This document shows positions 28,890-38,148 of a DNA stretch of 64,000 nucleotides, in pieces. The DNA lies in the NCBI GenBank assembly GCA_965216465.1, contig CBDCFW010000005.1:608001-672000 (forward strand), given 5' to 3'. Position 1 is the first letter of the stretch, and each line of letters opens with the position of its first letter. This DNA is from Bacteroidia bacterium. Its GTDB lineage: Bacteria; Bacteroidota; Bacteroidia; NS11-12g; UBA9320. The position numbers were made by a program, and so were the translations under genes. Below the pieces are notes generated by a model. The model worked only from the letters and a program-made list of their open reading frames with translations, had not been told where the DNA came from and searched no databases.

Positions 28890-30821
28890 ATGAAAAAAAA
28901 ACTAATTAATGTTCACACACATGTATTTACCGGAAACTACGTTCCTCCTTATCTTGCAAAGACCATAATTCCATGGCCCTTTTATTTCCTAATCAACACA
29001 GGTTGGATTGTGTCATTATTCAAGCGCTATTATTCAATCAAATACAAAAAGGAATTTGGGAATGCTAAAACAGAGGATGAAAAAGCTAAACTGTGGTCTG
29101 CGATATTCGCCAAAAGAAGAAAAGACCGAAGAAAAGTCAATACCCGATTCTTCATTTCCAGCAGATGGTATCTTTCCATTCCTCTTAAAATTATATTTAC
29201 ATGGCTTTCAGTAGTCGGAGCCCTTTTCATTATCGACTTTGTGGTTGGATTAGGGAACATAAAAGCAAATTATCTGGATACAATTGTCTCAATCAAACAA
29301 TGGTTGTCTGATCATCATTTATTTTTTGACTTACAACCCATATTTAAGATAGTATGGATTCTTGGTGTTCTGTTCTATATTAAAATTAGTAGGCAAATCA
29401 TATTTTTCATTTTAAAGAATATACTCCCAATTATAAAAAAGCTCATTAACAAGAACGCACTTGAGCTTCTAGGGCGATATTACCAAATAGGCAGATTTGC
29501 ACTTTATGGCACACAACATCGAGTTGCATTGCGTGCATTGCATCAATTACCCGCTAACTCTGCTATTGTTATGTTGCCCATGGACATGGAGTTTATGGGA
29601 GCAGGTAAATCAAAACCAGGCCGAGAATTTCTTAAGGCAAAGAGTGACTTATTAAGTAAAGGTTGGACAAATGAAGACTTTGCAGACAGCTATAAACTTC
29701 AAATGCGCGAACTATGGGAATTTGTTAAACATTCTGACGAAAAGAAGCCGAAATCTGAGTACTACCCATTTGTTTTCTTAGATCCAAGACGAATTGCAAC
29801 TGAAGGCAAGTCATTCTTTGACTATGACATTGTGAATGATCGAATGGAGTTAAAACCTTGCTTCATTAAAACTTACATAGAACAACGAAATTTTAGTGGC
29901 TTTAAGATTTACCCAGCCCTAGGTTATTATCCATTTGATGAACATCTATTGCCTATCTGGCGCTATGCCGTTGAAAATAACATCCCAATAATGGCTCATT
30001 GCGTTGTTGGTGTTATATACTATAGGGGCTCAAAGAAAAAGGAATGGAATTATCACCCAATCTTTCAAGAGGAAACAGCTCCAAAAAAATACGAACCGAT
30101 GTTGCTCCCAGAAGCCAAGAGCAAAGACTTCCAGATAAACTTTACCCATCCGATGAATTACCTATGCTTATTGGAAGAAGACTTATTTAAACAAGTATTA
30201 AAATCTCTGGCTCCAAATAGTGAAGTCAGAAAACTTTTCGGTTATAATGAAGAGGAGAACACTGTAAAATTCAACTTGTCAAAGCTGAAATTTTGCCTAG
30301 CACATTTTGGTGGTGCTGAAGAATGGACTCGATACATGGAGCAAGACAGAGTAAATTCGAGTCAACGATTGATGCGAAACCCCAAGGAGGCTATTAACTT
30401 TATGCACAATGCAAAGGGAAATTTTTCTTGGTACAAATTGTCTGATTTATGGAAAAATGGAGACTGGTATTCGATCATTTGTAGCATGATGATTGATTAT
30501 AAAAATGTTTATGCCGACCTAAGCTACATTATTAGCAACCCCTCAATTTATCCGCTTCTAAAATACACATTAGAGAAAGGAGAAGATTATGAGAATGAGC
30601 ACCAAAATTACCTGCAAGAGCCCAGTCCAAATAAAAAGGCATTGCACTACACCGGGAAAAACAAACTTCGAAGTCGAGTTTTATTTGGCACTGATTTCTA
30701 CGTGGTTAGAAACCATAACTCTGACAAAGAATTATTTGTAGAAACTAAAGCACTTTTAACAGAAGAAGAGTTCGATTTAATAGCCCGAGAAAACACCCAC
30801 AATTATTTATCAAATGAATAA
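28890..30821 (+). CDS. Amidohydrolase_2-like metal-dependent hydrolase with inserted hydrophobic helices
   Basis: INVHTH, GFKIYPALGYYP, IPIMAHC, LAHFGG, NVYADLSY and RVLFGTDF, with long hydrophobic stretches around residues 92-125 and 145-180. Confidence 0.8.
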   Translation: MKKKLINVHTHVFTGNYVPPYLAKTIIPWPFYFLINTGWIVSLFKRYYSIKYKKEFGNAKTEDEKAKLWSAIFAKRRKDRRKVNTRFFISSRWYLSIPLKIIFTWLSVVGALFIIDFVVGLGNIKANYLDTIVSIKQWLSDHHLFFDLQPIFKIVWILGVLFYIKISRQIIFFILKNILPIIKKLINKNALELLGRYYQIGRFALYGTQHRVALRALHQLPANSAIVMLPMDMEFMGAGKSKPGREFLKAKSDLLSKGWTNEDFADSYKLQMRELWEFVKHSDEKKPKSEYYPFVFLDPRRIATEGKSFFDYDIVNDRMELKPCFIKTYIEQRNFSGFKIYPALGYYPFDEHLLPIWRYAVENNIPIMAHCVVGVIYYRGSKKKEWNYHPIFQEETAPKKYEPMLLPEAKSKDFQINFTHPMNYLCLLEEDLFKQVLKSLAPNSEVRKLFGYNEEENTVKFNLSKLKFCLAHFGGAEEWTRYMEQDRVNSSQRLMRNPKEAINFMHNAKGNFSWYKLSDLWKNGDWYSIICSMMIDYKNVYADLSYIISNPSIYPLLKYTLEKGEDYENEHQNYLQEPSPNKKALHYTGKNKLRSRVLFGTDFYVVRNHNSDKELFVETKALLTEEEFDLIARENTHNYLSNE

Positions 30822-30974
30822 CAAGCTATGATTTATGTTAACAGAAAAATTCATTTCGAATTTTAGGACAGAATATCATCGCGGTCGGTTCCCAATTGCC
30901 ATCAAATAACGCGCTTATTCAAAGGCAAATTCATGCAACTAAACCCTATTTTTATTGGTCTATACTCTAACGCT

Positions 30975-33900
30975 ATGAATTTGCCCGCACGTTACCTCTA
31001 CCTTGGCATGCTCATTTTTTGGGCCTGTTTTTCGAGTCGTGCTCAAGTTGTAGCGAGTTTTGCTCCAAGTTCATTTGGTGAATGTGTGCCCAGCACTATC
31101 TATCTCACCAATCATTCTACAGGTCCTATCGCTAGCTTTAACTGGGACTTTGGAAATGGCTCTGGATCATCCTTCACAGACCCTTCTGTGGTATACACGC
31201 AGCCGGGTACCTACACCATTACTTTAACCGTTACTGATACTGCGGGTAACAACACTTCCTTGACTCAAAATATCCGAATTTACAAGAAGCCACGTGTGTC
31301 GTTTGAAGCGAATGTAAGCACTATTTGTGAACGAAGACCCGTAAGCTTTTCAAACAACAGTACAGAAGGAGACACTACAATTACATCATGGCTCTGGGAT
31401 TACGGAGATGGCCATTCTTCTATCTATAAAGAACATAGCCACACCTATGTACAAAATGGAAATTACACGGTCAAACTTGCAGCAACCGACCAATTTGGAT
31501 GTACAGCTGATACGACTATCATCAACTACATCAATGTAAAAGATCGTCCCGTTTCTTTATTTCAGTTCAACGATGTTCGTTCGTGCAAGGCCCCAGTTTC
31601 AGTTAGTTTCACCAACATCACAAACCACCCCAGCACATCGTACTTATGGAAATTCTCTGACGGAAGTACATCCACCGCGATAAGTCCAACACATAGCTTT
31701 ACGACCTTAGGCTCACATTCTGCCACATTGATTGCAACGCACACGAATGGTTGCAGCGATACAAATATGCAGAATGGTAAAATTGAAATAGCTCCACTTG
31801 TTGTTAAAATTAAAACACCAAACGAACCCTTTTGTCTGGGCCAAAAAATTAGTCTAGAAGAAGACATTTCACCAAAACTTACTACGCCAACCAGCTATAC
31901 ATGGCACTTTCCGGATGGTTCAACCGCCACAGGTAAAACTACCGACTTTGAGCTAAAATCTACGCTCCAAAATATCAAACTTTCGGTTTCGAATGCTCAT
32001 TGCTCGGGACAAGAATCTAAGACAATTGTTTCTAAACTTCCTCCTGAGAATTCTTCTACCCTCTCTGGACATAAGCTCTGCGGCAATAGCAACATGCTTA
32101 GCTATAGCATTGACACTTCGGGAATCGATTCTTTTATTTGGAGGATTAACAACAGTTACAACCGGTACGGAACGAGCGGAATTGAACGATTTGACGATGA
32201 AGGCCAGCATTTTGTTCAAGTGTTTATGCGAGGGAGCAATGGCTGTTCAATTACCTACAAGGACACTATATATCGGTCAAATCCTAATATTACGGGTACG
32301 AAAGACACCGGAGGCTGTGTACCTTATACTTTAGATCCTTGGATACAAGTAAATGGTATGTATCCAATTGACTCCCTAATCTGGTATCTAGACGATTTCG
32401 GAATGGGAACGTCTGTAAGTCCTCAACCTCCAACCGTTTCCGTATCAGACACAGGAAACCACTACCTCACCTTCACAATAATTGATTCGATCGGATGCCG
32501 CCATAATCAATCTTGGCAGATCGGAGGAGGATATTTACCAACGGCCTCATACACGGTTGAGAAAGACACGGTTTGCAACGGAGAGATTCTTAAATTTTCA
32601 AATACATCAACTCTTCCAAATAAACCAACAGAATTCTATTGGTCTATGGGTGGCGTTGAGGGAAACACAAAAGAATGGTCACCTAAAATTGAGCATTACC
32701 CTAACCGCTACAATTTAACCCATGTTGCTTCTCATTATGGATGCAATGACACCATTACAGATTCTCAAAAAATTCTTGTACTTGGGCCTTATGTTCAAAT
32801 GGTTTTGCGATCCGATTCCTGCATATCAAGTTACAAACAAGTAGAAGGTATAATTATCGATGCAGATTCATTTAATTTTTACCTGAACAATGTGTATCAC
32901 AGCAATGACACTATTTTCAAACATAGCTTCAAGAATAATGACAGACTTAAGTTAAAAGCACATAACAACGCAACGCAATGTACCGATTCAATAGAACGAC
33001 TCATTCCTGTATCAAGCAATGCACAATTGGATTGGGAAGTGCTTGCAGGAGAATGTGCTCCCGTTGATATTGAAGTTATACGCAAGGATGAAAATCTCGA
33101 CTCAATAAAGTGGTTTATTAACGATATTGACATGCAGCACAATCTACCCAAACTAGTAACCTCGATGCGATCTGGAGGGGAAGTTAATATCAAGCTAAAG
33201 GGATTTGCTGGTGAAGGCTGTGATCTCACTTTAGACACCACAATTAGAGTACAAGGACCAAAGCAAAAAATATCTATTGGTCAAACCTTCGGCTGTCTTC
33301 CTAAAACCTTTACACTAGTTGATAGTTTTTGGTCATCAACTACCGACCGAGTTTGGATTGTTGATGGCGATACGATTTCAAGCAAGGGAATAACAACCAC
33401 TTACACACTGCAAGGAGTAAAGGATCCCGATAACAAGATTGTTTCTGTAATTGCTTTGGCAAAGGAAGACAGCTGTTCAGCTTTACGACAATACAACTAT
33501 CTGATCCCCGGAATTTCGTTTAAGAGTACAGTGAGCGACAGTATAATTTCTTGTGATCAATCGTTGTATAAATTTAACATTTCGCCTGATGATGATGAAT
33601 TGAATAAGGTGGCCAATTATTCAATCTCTTATAAGGGATCAACTGAAACAAATTCTACCGGAAATTTCCAAAAAATATTGGTCATGGACGGGCAAACTGA
33701 TACGGTATATCTCTCAGTTAGTGATAAAGATGGATGTATTAAAACCCAAAGTCTAGTTTTCTCAAGACCAAAACCAGCCTTAAAAGTAGCCTTTACCTCA
33801 TCGCAGCCACATTCAAATTGTCCCCCGCTGTTTGTTGAGTTTAAAGATGCATCGCAATCGCAATTTGGCGATATCGTTGACCGCAAATGGAAAATAAATG

Positions 33901-36131
33901 ACGAACCATTTTCTGCTCTGGAATTTCCATCGCGGTTGTTTTCAACTCCAGGATACTTTGATGTGTCGCTTGTTGTGACTGATGAGCGAGGCTGCAACGA
34001 CTCGCTGACCTTAGACTCATTTGTGCAGATAAAAGGAGAAAAAGTAATTGCTGATTTTGGAGCTGAGTCAACGTGCCTTGGAACCGCTATAACGTGCAAA
34101 CTTAAAGATGGGAATGCTGCAAACTTAGAATGGGATATGGGCGATGGAAGCGTGATAGCAGGTGACTCCATAACGTACACCTATACTGATGCAGGTTCTT
34201 ATCGTATTCAATTGCTCGTGTCGGACTCAAACCAATGCAAGTATCCGATAATAAACGAAGAATTAACTATTGTTCACACCAATCCAAGTGCAGAATTCAC
34301 AGCTATAAATCAATGTGCGAATGATATAATCACCTTGATCAACAATTCTACTTCCGACACTACAATAGACGATAAATATTGGAAAATTGACCAGTTGAGT
34401 TTGCCTCAAAATTCTGATACAATAAAACATCCTACAGAAGCCAAAGATTTAAATGTTCAATTGCATGTCAGCGACGCAAATGGATGCATCGACAGCATCC
34501 AAGAAAACGTGAAAATCTATGACCTACTGGCAGATTTAAAGATTGATAAAAGCTTCTATTGTTTACATGACACTATCAAGGTAAGTGATATTTCAGTATC
34601 TGACACGGGTATATCGTCATTTAGCTATTTCGTTAATGGCAATCTAATGAGCGAAAAGAAAAACCCGAATCTTGCCATTTTATTCGAAGGTGAACATGAG
34701 CTATTCTTGGTAATTGAAGACGAATCAGGTTGTATCGATACGTCTGTAACCACAACTTTACAAATCGCAGGACCCAACCAGAAATCGGCAGTGGAAATTG
34801 TAAATGCCAGCTTTGTAGATCATAATATGATTCGAGTAGAAATCAGTAGTGCAGACCCCACCTACTTTCATAGCTATCAGCTATTTGATGATAATGCAAC
34901 ATTAATTGCTGAGGAATACAATAGACTAACTAATGAGTTTACTATTCAAACTGAAAGCGACAACCGAAAAGCACATTGTTTTAAAGCAGCAATAAACAAT
35001 GGATGTAATGCTCTAGATATTGGTAATGCTTCACCTCATTGTACCGTTCATACCATGGGAGAGTCAACTTCCATGTCTAAAACGCTAACATGGACCCCTT
35101 ATCAAGGATGGCCAGTTAAATCATATACGATTTTTAGGCAGAATAACACGAACTGGGATGAACTTGGAAATGTGGTAGGTAATGAACTTCTTTTTATCGA
35201 CTCTAATCTTACAAATTGCGATGCAAAAGATGTTTACCGCGTTTTAGCCTTAGGTTTTAACGGAGAATACTCTCTTAGCGATAGCGTTCATATACGGCCA
35301 CGTATCGACAAGCTTCCCAACAAGCCAATAATTCAGAATATAAGTGTGGTCGACGACCATCAGATTGAATTGAAAATAGACTCTAATTCGACTCATCCAC
35401 TTTCTATTTCGTATTATATAATAAACCGCAAGTTTCTTGGAACTGAAACAGAAACGCAACGTCAATTTGCAACTGTTCTTGACTATGAAGTTAATACCCA
35501 AAAAGGATCATACCACTATACGGTTGAGCAAATAGACCAATGTCTTCAGCAAAGTGAGCACTCTGCCGAAGCTCGTAGCATTTACTTAACTGTTTCTAAT
35601 GATAATTCAACTTCATACCCTGTGCTTAAGTGGAATCGCAACAACTTATGGGGTGGTGAGTTTAGTCATTATTCTATATACAAGACTGTAAGCGGAATTG
35701 AATTTGAAATTGACAAAATTTACAATGAGTTTGATACAACTTACATTGACAACGCAATTGATTTAGCCTGTGCGACAACCACTTGTTACACCATCGAAGC
35801 TCATTCAAAAAATGGTAAGTGGGAAAGTAGGTCCAACACAAACTGCGGTGGAACTTATTCTACGCTTTATGTGCCAAATGGAATTACCGCCAATGGAGAC
35901 CTATTAAATGATCACTTTCAGCCTAGAGGGCTTTTCATTGAAAACTACCAGCTTACCATTTACAATAGATGGGGAGAACAAGTATTTAAAACCAATGAAT
36001 GCATGGGCAGTTGGAATTGCATGATTGACAATCAACCGGCACCTGCAGGTACTTACTTCTATTCTATCTTTGCAATTGGAGCCGATGGTATTAGACATCA
36101 CTCCAATGGAAGTTTGAATTTGATTCGATAG
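30975..36131 (+). CDS. Large PKD/Ig/FN3-repeat surface protein with gliding-motility-associated (T9SS type B) C-terminal domain
   Basis: WDFGNG...Y..PGTYTITLTV PKD repeats and terminal YVPNGITANGDLLND.F...IYNRWGEQVF...W...GTYFY...G.LNLIR. Confidence 0.92.
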   Translation: MNLPARYLYLGMLIFWACFSSRAQVVASFAPSSFGECVPSTIYLTNHSTGPIASFNWDFGNGSGSSFTDPSVVYTQPGTYTITLTVTDTAGNNTSLTQNIRIYKKPRVSFEANVSTICERRPVSFSNNSTEGDTTITSWLWDYGDGHSSIYKEHSHTYVQNGNYTVKLAATDQFGCTADTTIINYINVKDRPVSLFQFNDVRSCKAPVSVSFTNITNHPSTSYLWKFSDGSTSTAISPTHSFTTLGSHSATLIATHTNGCSDTNMQNGKIEIAPLVVKIKTPNEPFCLGQKISLEEDISPKLTTPTSYTWHFPDGSTATGKTTDFELKSTLQNIKLSVSNAHCSGQESKTIVSKLPPENSSTLSGHKLCGNSNMLSYSIDTSGIDSFIWRINNSYNRYGTSGIERFDDEGQHFVQVFMRGSNGCSITYKDTIYRSNPNITGTKDTGGCVPYTLDPWIQVNGMYPIDSLIWYLDDFGMGTSVSPQPPTVSVSDTGNHYLTFTIIDSIGCRHNQSWQIGGGYLPTASYTVEKDTVCNGEILKFSNTSTLPNKPTEFYWSMGGVEGNTKEWSPKIEHYPNRYNLTHVASHYGCNDTITDSQKILVLGPYVQMVLRSDSCISSYKQVEGIIIDADSFNFYLNNVYHSNDTIFKHSFKNNDRLKLKAHNNATQCTDSIERLIPVSSNAQLDWEVLAGECAPVDIEVIRKDENLDSIKWFINDIDMQHNLPKLVTSMRSGGEVNIKLKGFAGEGCDLTLDTTIRVQGPKQKISIGQTFGCLPKTFTLVDSFWSSTTDRVWIVDGDTISSKGITTTYTLQGVKDPDNKIVSVIALAKEDSCSALRQYNYLIPGISFKSTVSDSIISCDQSLYKFNISPDDDELNKVANYSISYKGSTETNSTGNFQKILVMDGQTDTVYLSVSDKDGCIKTQSLVFSRPKPALKVAFTSSQPHSNCPPLFVEFKDASQSQFGDIVDRKWKINDEPFSALEFPSRLFSTPGYFDVSLVVTDERGCNDSLTLDSFVQIKGEKVIADFGAESTCLGTAITCKLKDGNAANLEWDMGDGSVIAGDSITYTYTDAGSYRIQLLVSDSNQCKYPIINEELTIVHTNPSAEFTAINQCANDIITLINNSTSDTTIDDKYWKIDQLSLPQNSDTIKHPTEAKDLNVQLHVSDANGCIDSIQENVKIYDLLADLKIDKSFYCLHDTIKVSDISVSDTGISSFSYFVNGNLMSEKKNPNLAILFEGEHELFLVIEDESGCIDTSVTTTLQIAGPNQKSAVEIVNASFVDHNMIRVEISSADPTYFHSYQLFDDNATLIAEEYNRLTNEFTIQTESDNRKAHCFKAAINNGCNALDIGNASPHCTVHTMGESTSMSKTLTWTPYQGWPVKSYTIFRQNNTNWDELGNVVGNELLFIDSNLTNCDAKDVYRVLALGFNGEYSLSDSVHIRPRIDKLPNKPIIQNISVVDDHQIELKIDSNSTHPLSISYYIINRKFLGTETETQRQFATVLDYEVNTQKGSYHYTVEQIDQCLQQSEHSAEARSIYLTVSNDNSTSYPVLKWNRNNLWGGEFSHYSIYKTVSGIEFEIDKIYNEFDTTYIDNAIDLACATTTCYTIEAHSKNGKWESRSNTNCGGTYSTLYVPNGITANGDLLNDHFQPRGLFIENYQLTIYNRWGEQVFKTNECMGSWNCMIDNQPAPAGTYFYSIFAIGADGIRHHSNGSLNLIR

Positions 36132-36153
36132 CAACGCCTTGGTGTAGTAACCT

Positions 36154-37155
36154 TTACTTAATCTGTAAAACCACAGGACTAGCCTCTACATTGCTTCCTT
36201 CTATTCTTTTCGAATCGTCATCCTCATGATCTACTAAAATTTCTGTAAACATGATCATATCTCTCGACTTAGAATTTTCAATAAGCTTCTTCATTTTTTT
36301 GGTAAGCTGATGACCTTTACCCTCAAGTTCCGTTCGGACACCTTCATACGAAACATGTGTAAACTTGAATGACGTGACCCTATATTTTAAGCTGTAGGGG
36401 AAAGATGATTCTAAATACGCTAAAAGACTTGTACTATTAGCTCTTGCAACAGCCTTAGCGACGGGTGCCCCTGTGTTCATTATTCCTCCGAGTTGAACAT
36501 TGGGACTGGGTAATTTCCTCACTCTAAACATCTGTGACCCCACTAATCGAGTCATCCCGTCCTTTTTTACAGCCGCCGAAATTTTAACCTGCCGGGTGGA
36601 GCCATCTACATAGGCGTTATATCGACCGCTTCCCAAAGAGTCTAAGCGTAACCCTTCGGTGGCGTGTAAAATGATGTCTTCACTACCTGAAACATAAATA
36701 CTCATTGGATTTGAAATACCTTCATACAACACATTCATCTCAACAGGAACAATATCAACATATGGTCTTTGCACTTCATAACGAATCTCGAAAGGAAACT
36801 GCTGGTATCCATTGGCGGTAGGAACACGTGCATATCCATTTTTTACTCGAGTGCCAATCCTATATCCGGCTTCATTGAAGTATGCTTTACCTTGCTTGGT
36901 TTCTAATTCTTGGCCTTCAACAAAATATTGAATGTTATCCGTCTTTCCTACGGCAGCTAAAAAGATTTCGGCTTCGTATTGATCCCCTTGATGAATCAAA
37001 GATTTTGTTGGATTAACTACAGCCTTTAATTCATAAAATTTGTATTCCTTATTTTGCTCATTGCTTGCACTTTTTTTAGGAGAGTGACAGGAGATTAAGC
37101 CAAATATAACTGCGAATAGTATTCCTTGCCTGAATTGAAATTTTAGGTTTTCCAT
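36154..37155 (-). CDS. GldM/PorM-like protein (periplasmic Ig domains only) with lipoprotein signal
   Basis: GDQYEAEIFLAA, MNVLYEGISNPMSIYVSG, FRVRKLPSP and YRVTSF motifs, lipobox LISC, only 333 aa. Confidence 0.75.
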   Translation of the reverse strand: MENLKFQFRQGILFAVIFGLISCHSPKKSASNEQNKEYKFYELKAVVNPTKSLIHQGDQYEAEIFLAAVGKTDNIQYFVEGQELETKQGKAYFNEAGYRIGTRVKNGYARVPTANGYQQFPFEIRYEVQRPYVDIVPVEMNVLYEGISNPMSIYVSGSEDIILHATEGLRLDSLGSGRYNAYVDGSTRQVKISAAVKKDGMTRLVGSQMFRVRKLPSPNVQLGGIMNTGAPVAKAVARANSTSLLAYLESSFPYSLKYRVTSFKFTHVSYEGVRTELEGKGHQLTKKMKKLIENSKSRDMIMFTEILVDHEDDDSKRIEGSNVEASPVVLQIK

Positions 37156-37246
37156 ACGGGAATATACAGATAATTGTATAACGAGTTAGCAAAGTAAATT
37201 GAGAGTTTATGACTATATTTGGATTCAATCCCTAAATATTATCACT

Positions 37247-38071
37247 ATGAAGCATTTAATACTATCAGCAAGTAAAATTCTATTTTTTTCTTCAGTTCTG
37301 CTCTTTGTTACTTTGTTAGGTTGCAAAGACGATTCGCCTACGCCAACATCCCCACCTGATCAAGAAACGGAAGAGCCAGAAGACATTCCTAAAAATTCAT
37401 TGCAAAGTGTTGAAGTTCCAAATGCTTGGAAAACAGATGTGTTTTATCGCAACGGAAAAATTTCTGGTTTTGCCTCATTTGGAGACACTTTATCTGCAAC
37501 TCATGAAAACGATCTACTAACGAAGTTTGAATCACAACAACAAGAAATAACCATCAAATACGACGGCAACGATAGAATTACAGAAAGCGTTTGGACTAGT
37601 GCACCCAACATTTACAGATATGTCTATGAATATGTAGGTTCAAGTGATCAAGCATCTAAAGTTTCATTTTATAGAACATATAGGGAAGACAACAAATGGG
37701 TAGAAAAATTGAATGTGGAAATGAGCAATGTGCAATATAATAGCGAAGGTGGACTTGTTTCTTGTGACCGCGTTTACTACGACTATGGAAACGACAAAAC
37801 ATATAACGATGCGTTTACATTTGAACTAAGTGACAAACCCAACATGCTATTTGGCAACATCCTGTATTTGACCTATCCGCAATTTACTTATGGTTTGGCA
37901 AATCTTGGTAAATTTAGCAAACAATACGTGACCGGTTACACCTTTGGAGCTCAAAGTTCAGGAGAGGACTTCGTTTACGAATATGACAAAGACTACCCAG
38001 ATTACATTACTAAGTTCATTCGTCACCCAAACTCAAGTCCTACAGAGCGAATTTACACTTGGAATAGATAA
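37247..38071 (+). CDS. Uncharacterised lipoprotein
   Basis: Lipobox LLGC followed by an acidic/Pro linker (KDDSPTPTSPP) and a Tyr-rich beta-strand body. Confidence 0.7.
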   Translation: MKHLILSASKILFFSSVLLFVTLLGCKDDSPTPTSPPDQETEEPEDIPKNSLQSVEVPNAWKTDVFYRNGKISGFASFGDTLSATHENDLLTKFESQQQEITIKYDGNDRITESVWTSAPNIYRYVYEYVGSSDQASKVSFYRTYREDNKWVEKLNVEMSNVQYNSEGGLVSCDRVYYDYGNDKTYNDAFTFELSDKPNMLFGNILYLTYPQFTYGLANLGKFSKQYVTGYTFGAQSSGEDFVYEYDKDYPDYITKFIRHPNSSPTERIYTWNR

Positions 38072-38148
38072 AGGCCGTTTAAATGTAACTTTAAATACGC
38101 TAAGATAGTTTTATAGCTGCTCTGCTTCATGCAAATTAGACTTAATGC

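Noticed and set aside
33629-34180. 183-aa antisense ORF and the many other short overlapping ORFs in the track
   Set aside because: They are shadows of well-supported genes, with no motifs or independent start context.
36154-37155. Calling this the canonical gldM
   Set aside because: It is too short, has a lipobox instead of a TM helix, and lacks gldKLN context, so the symbol is withheld.
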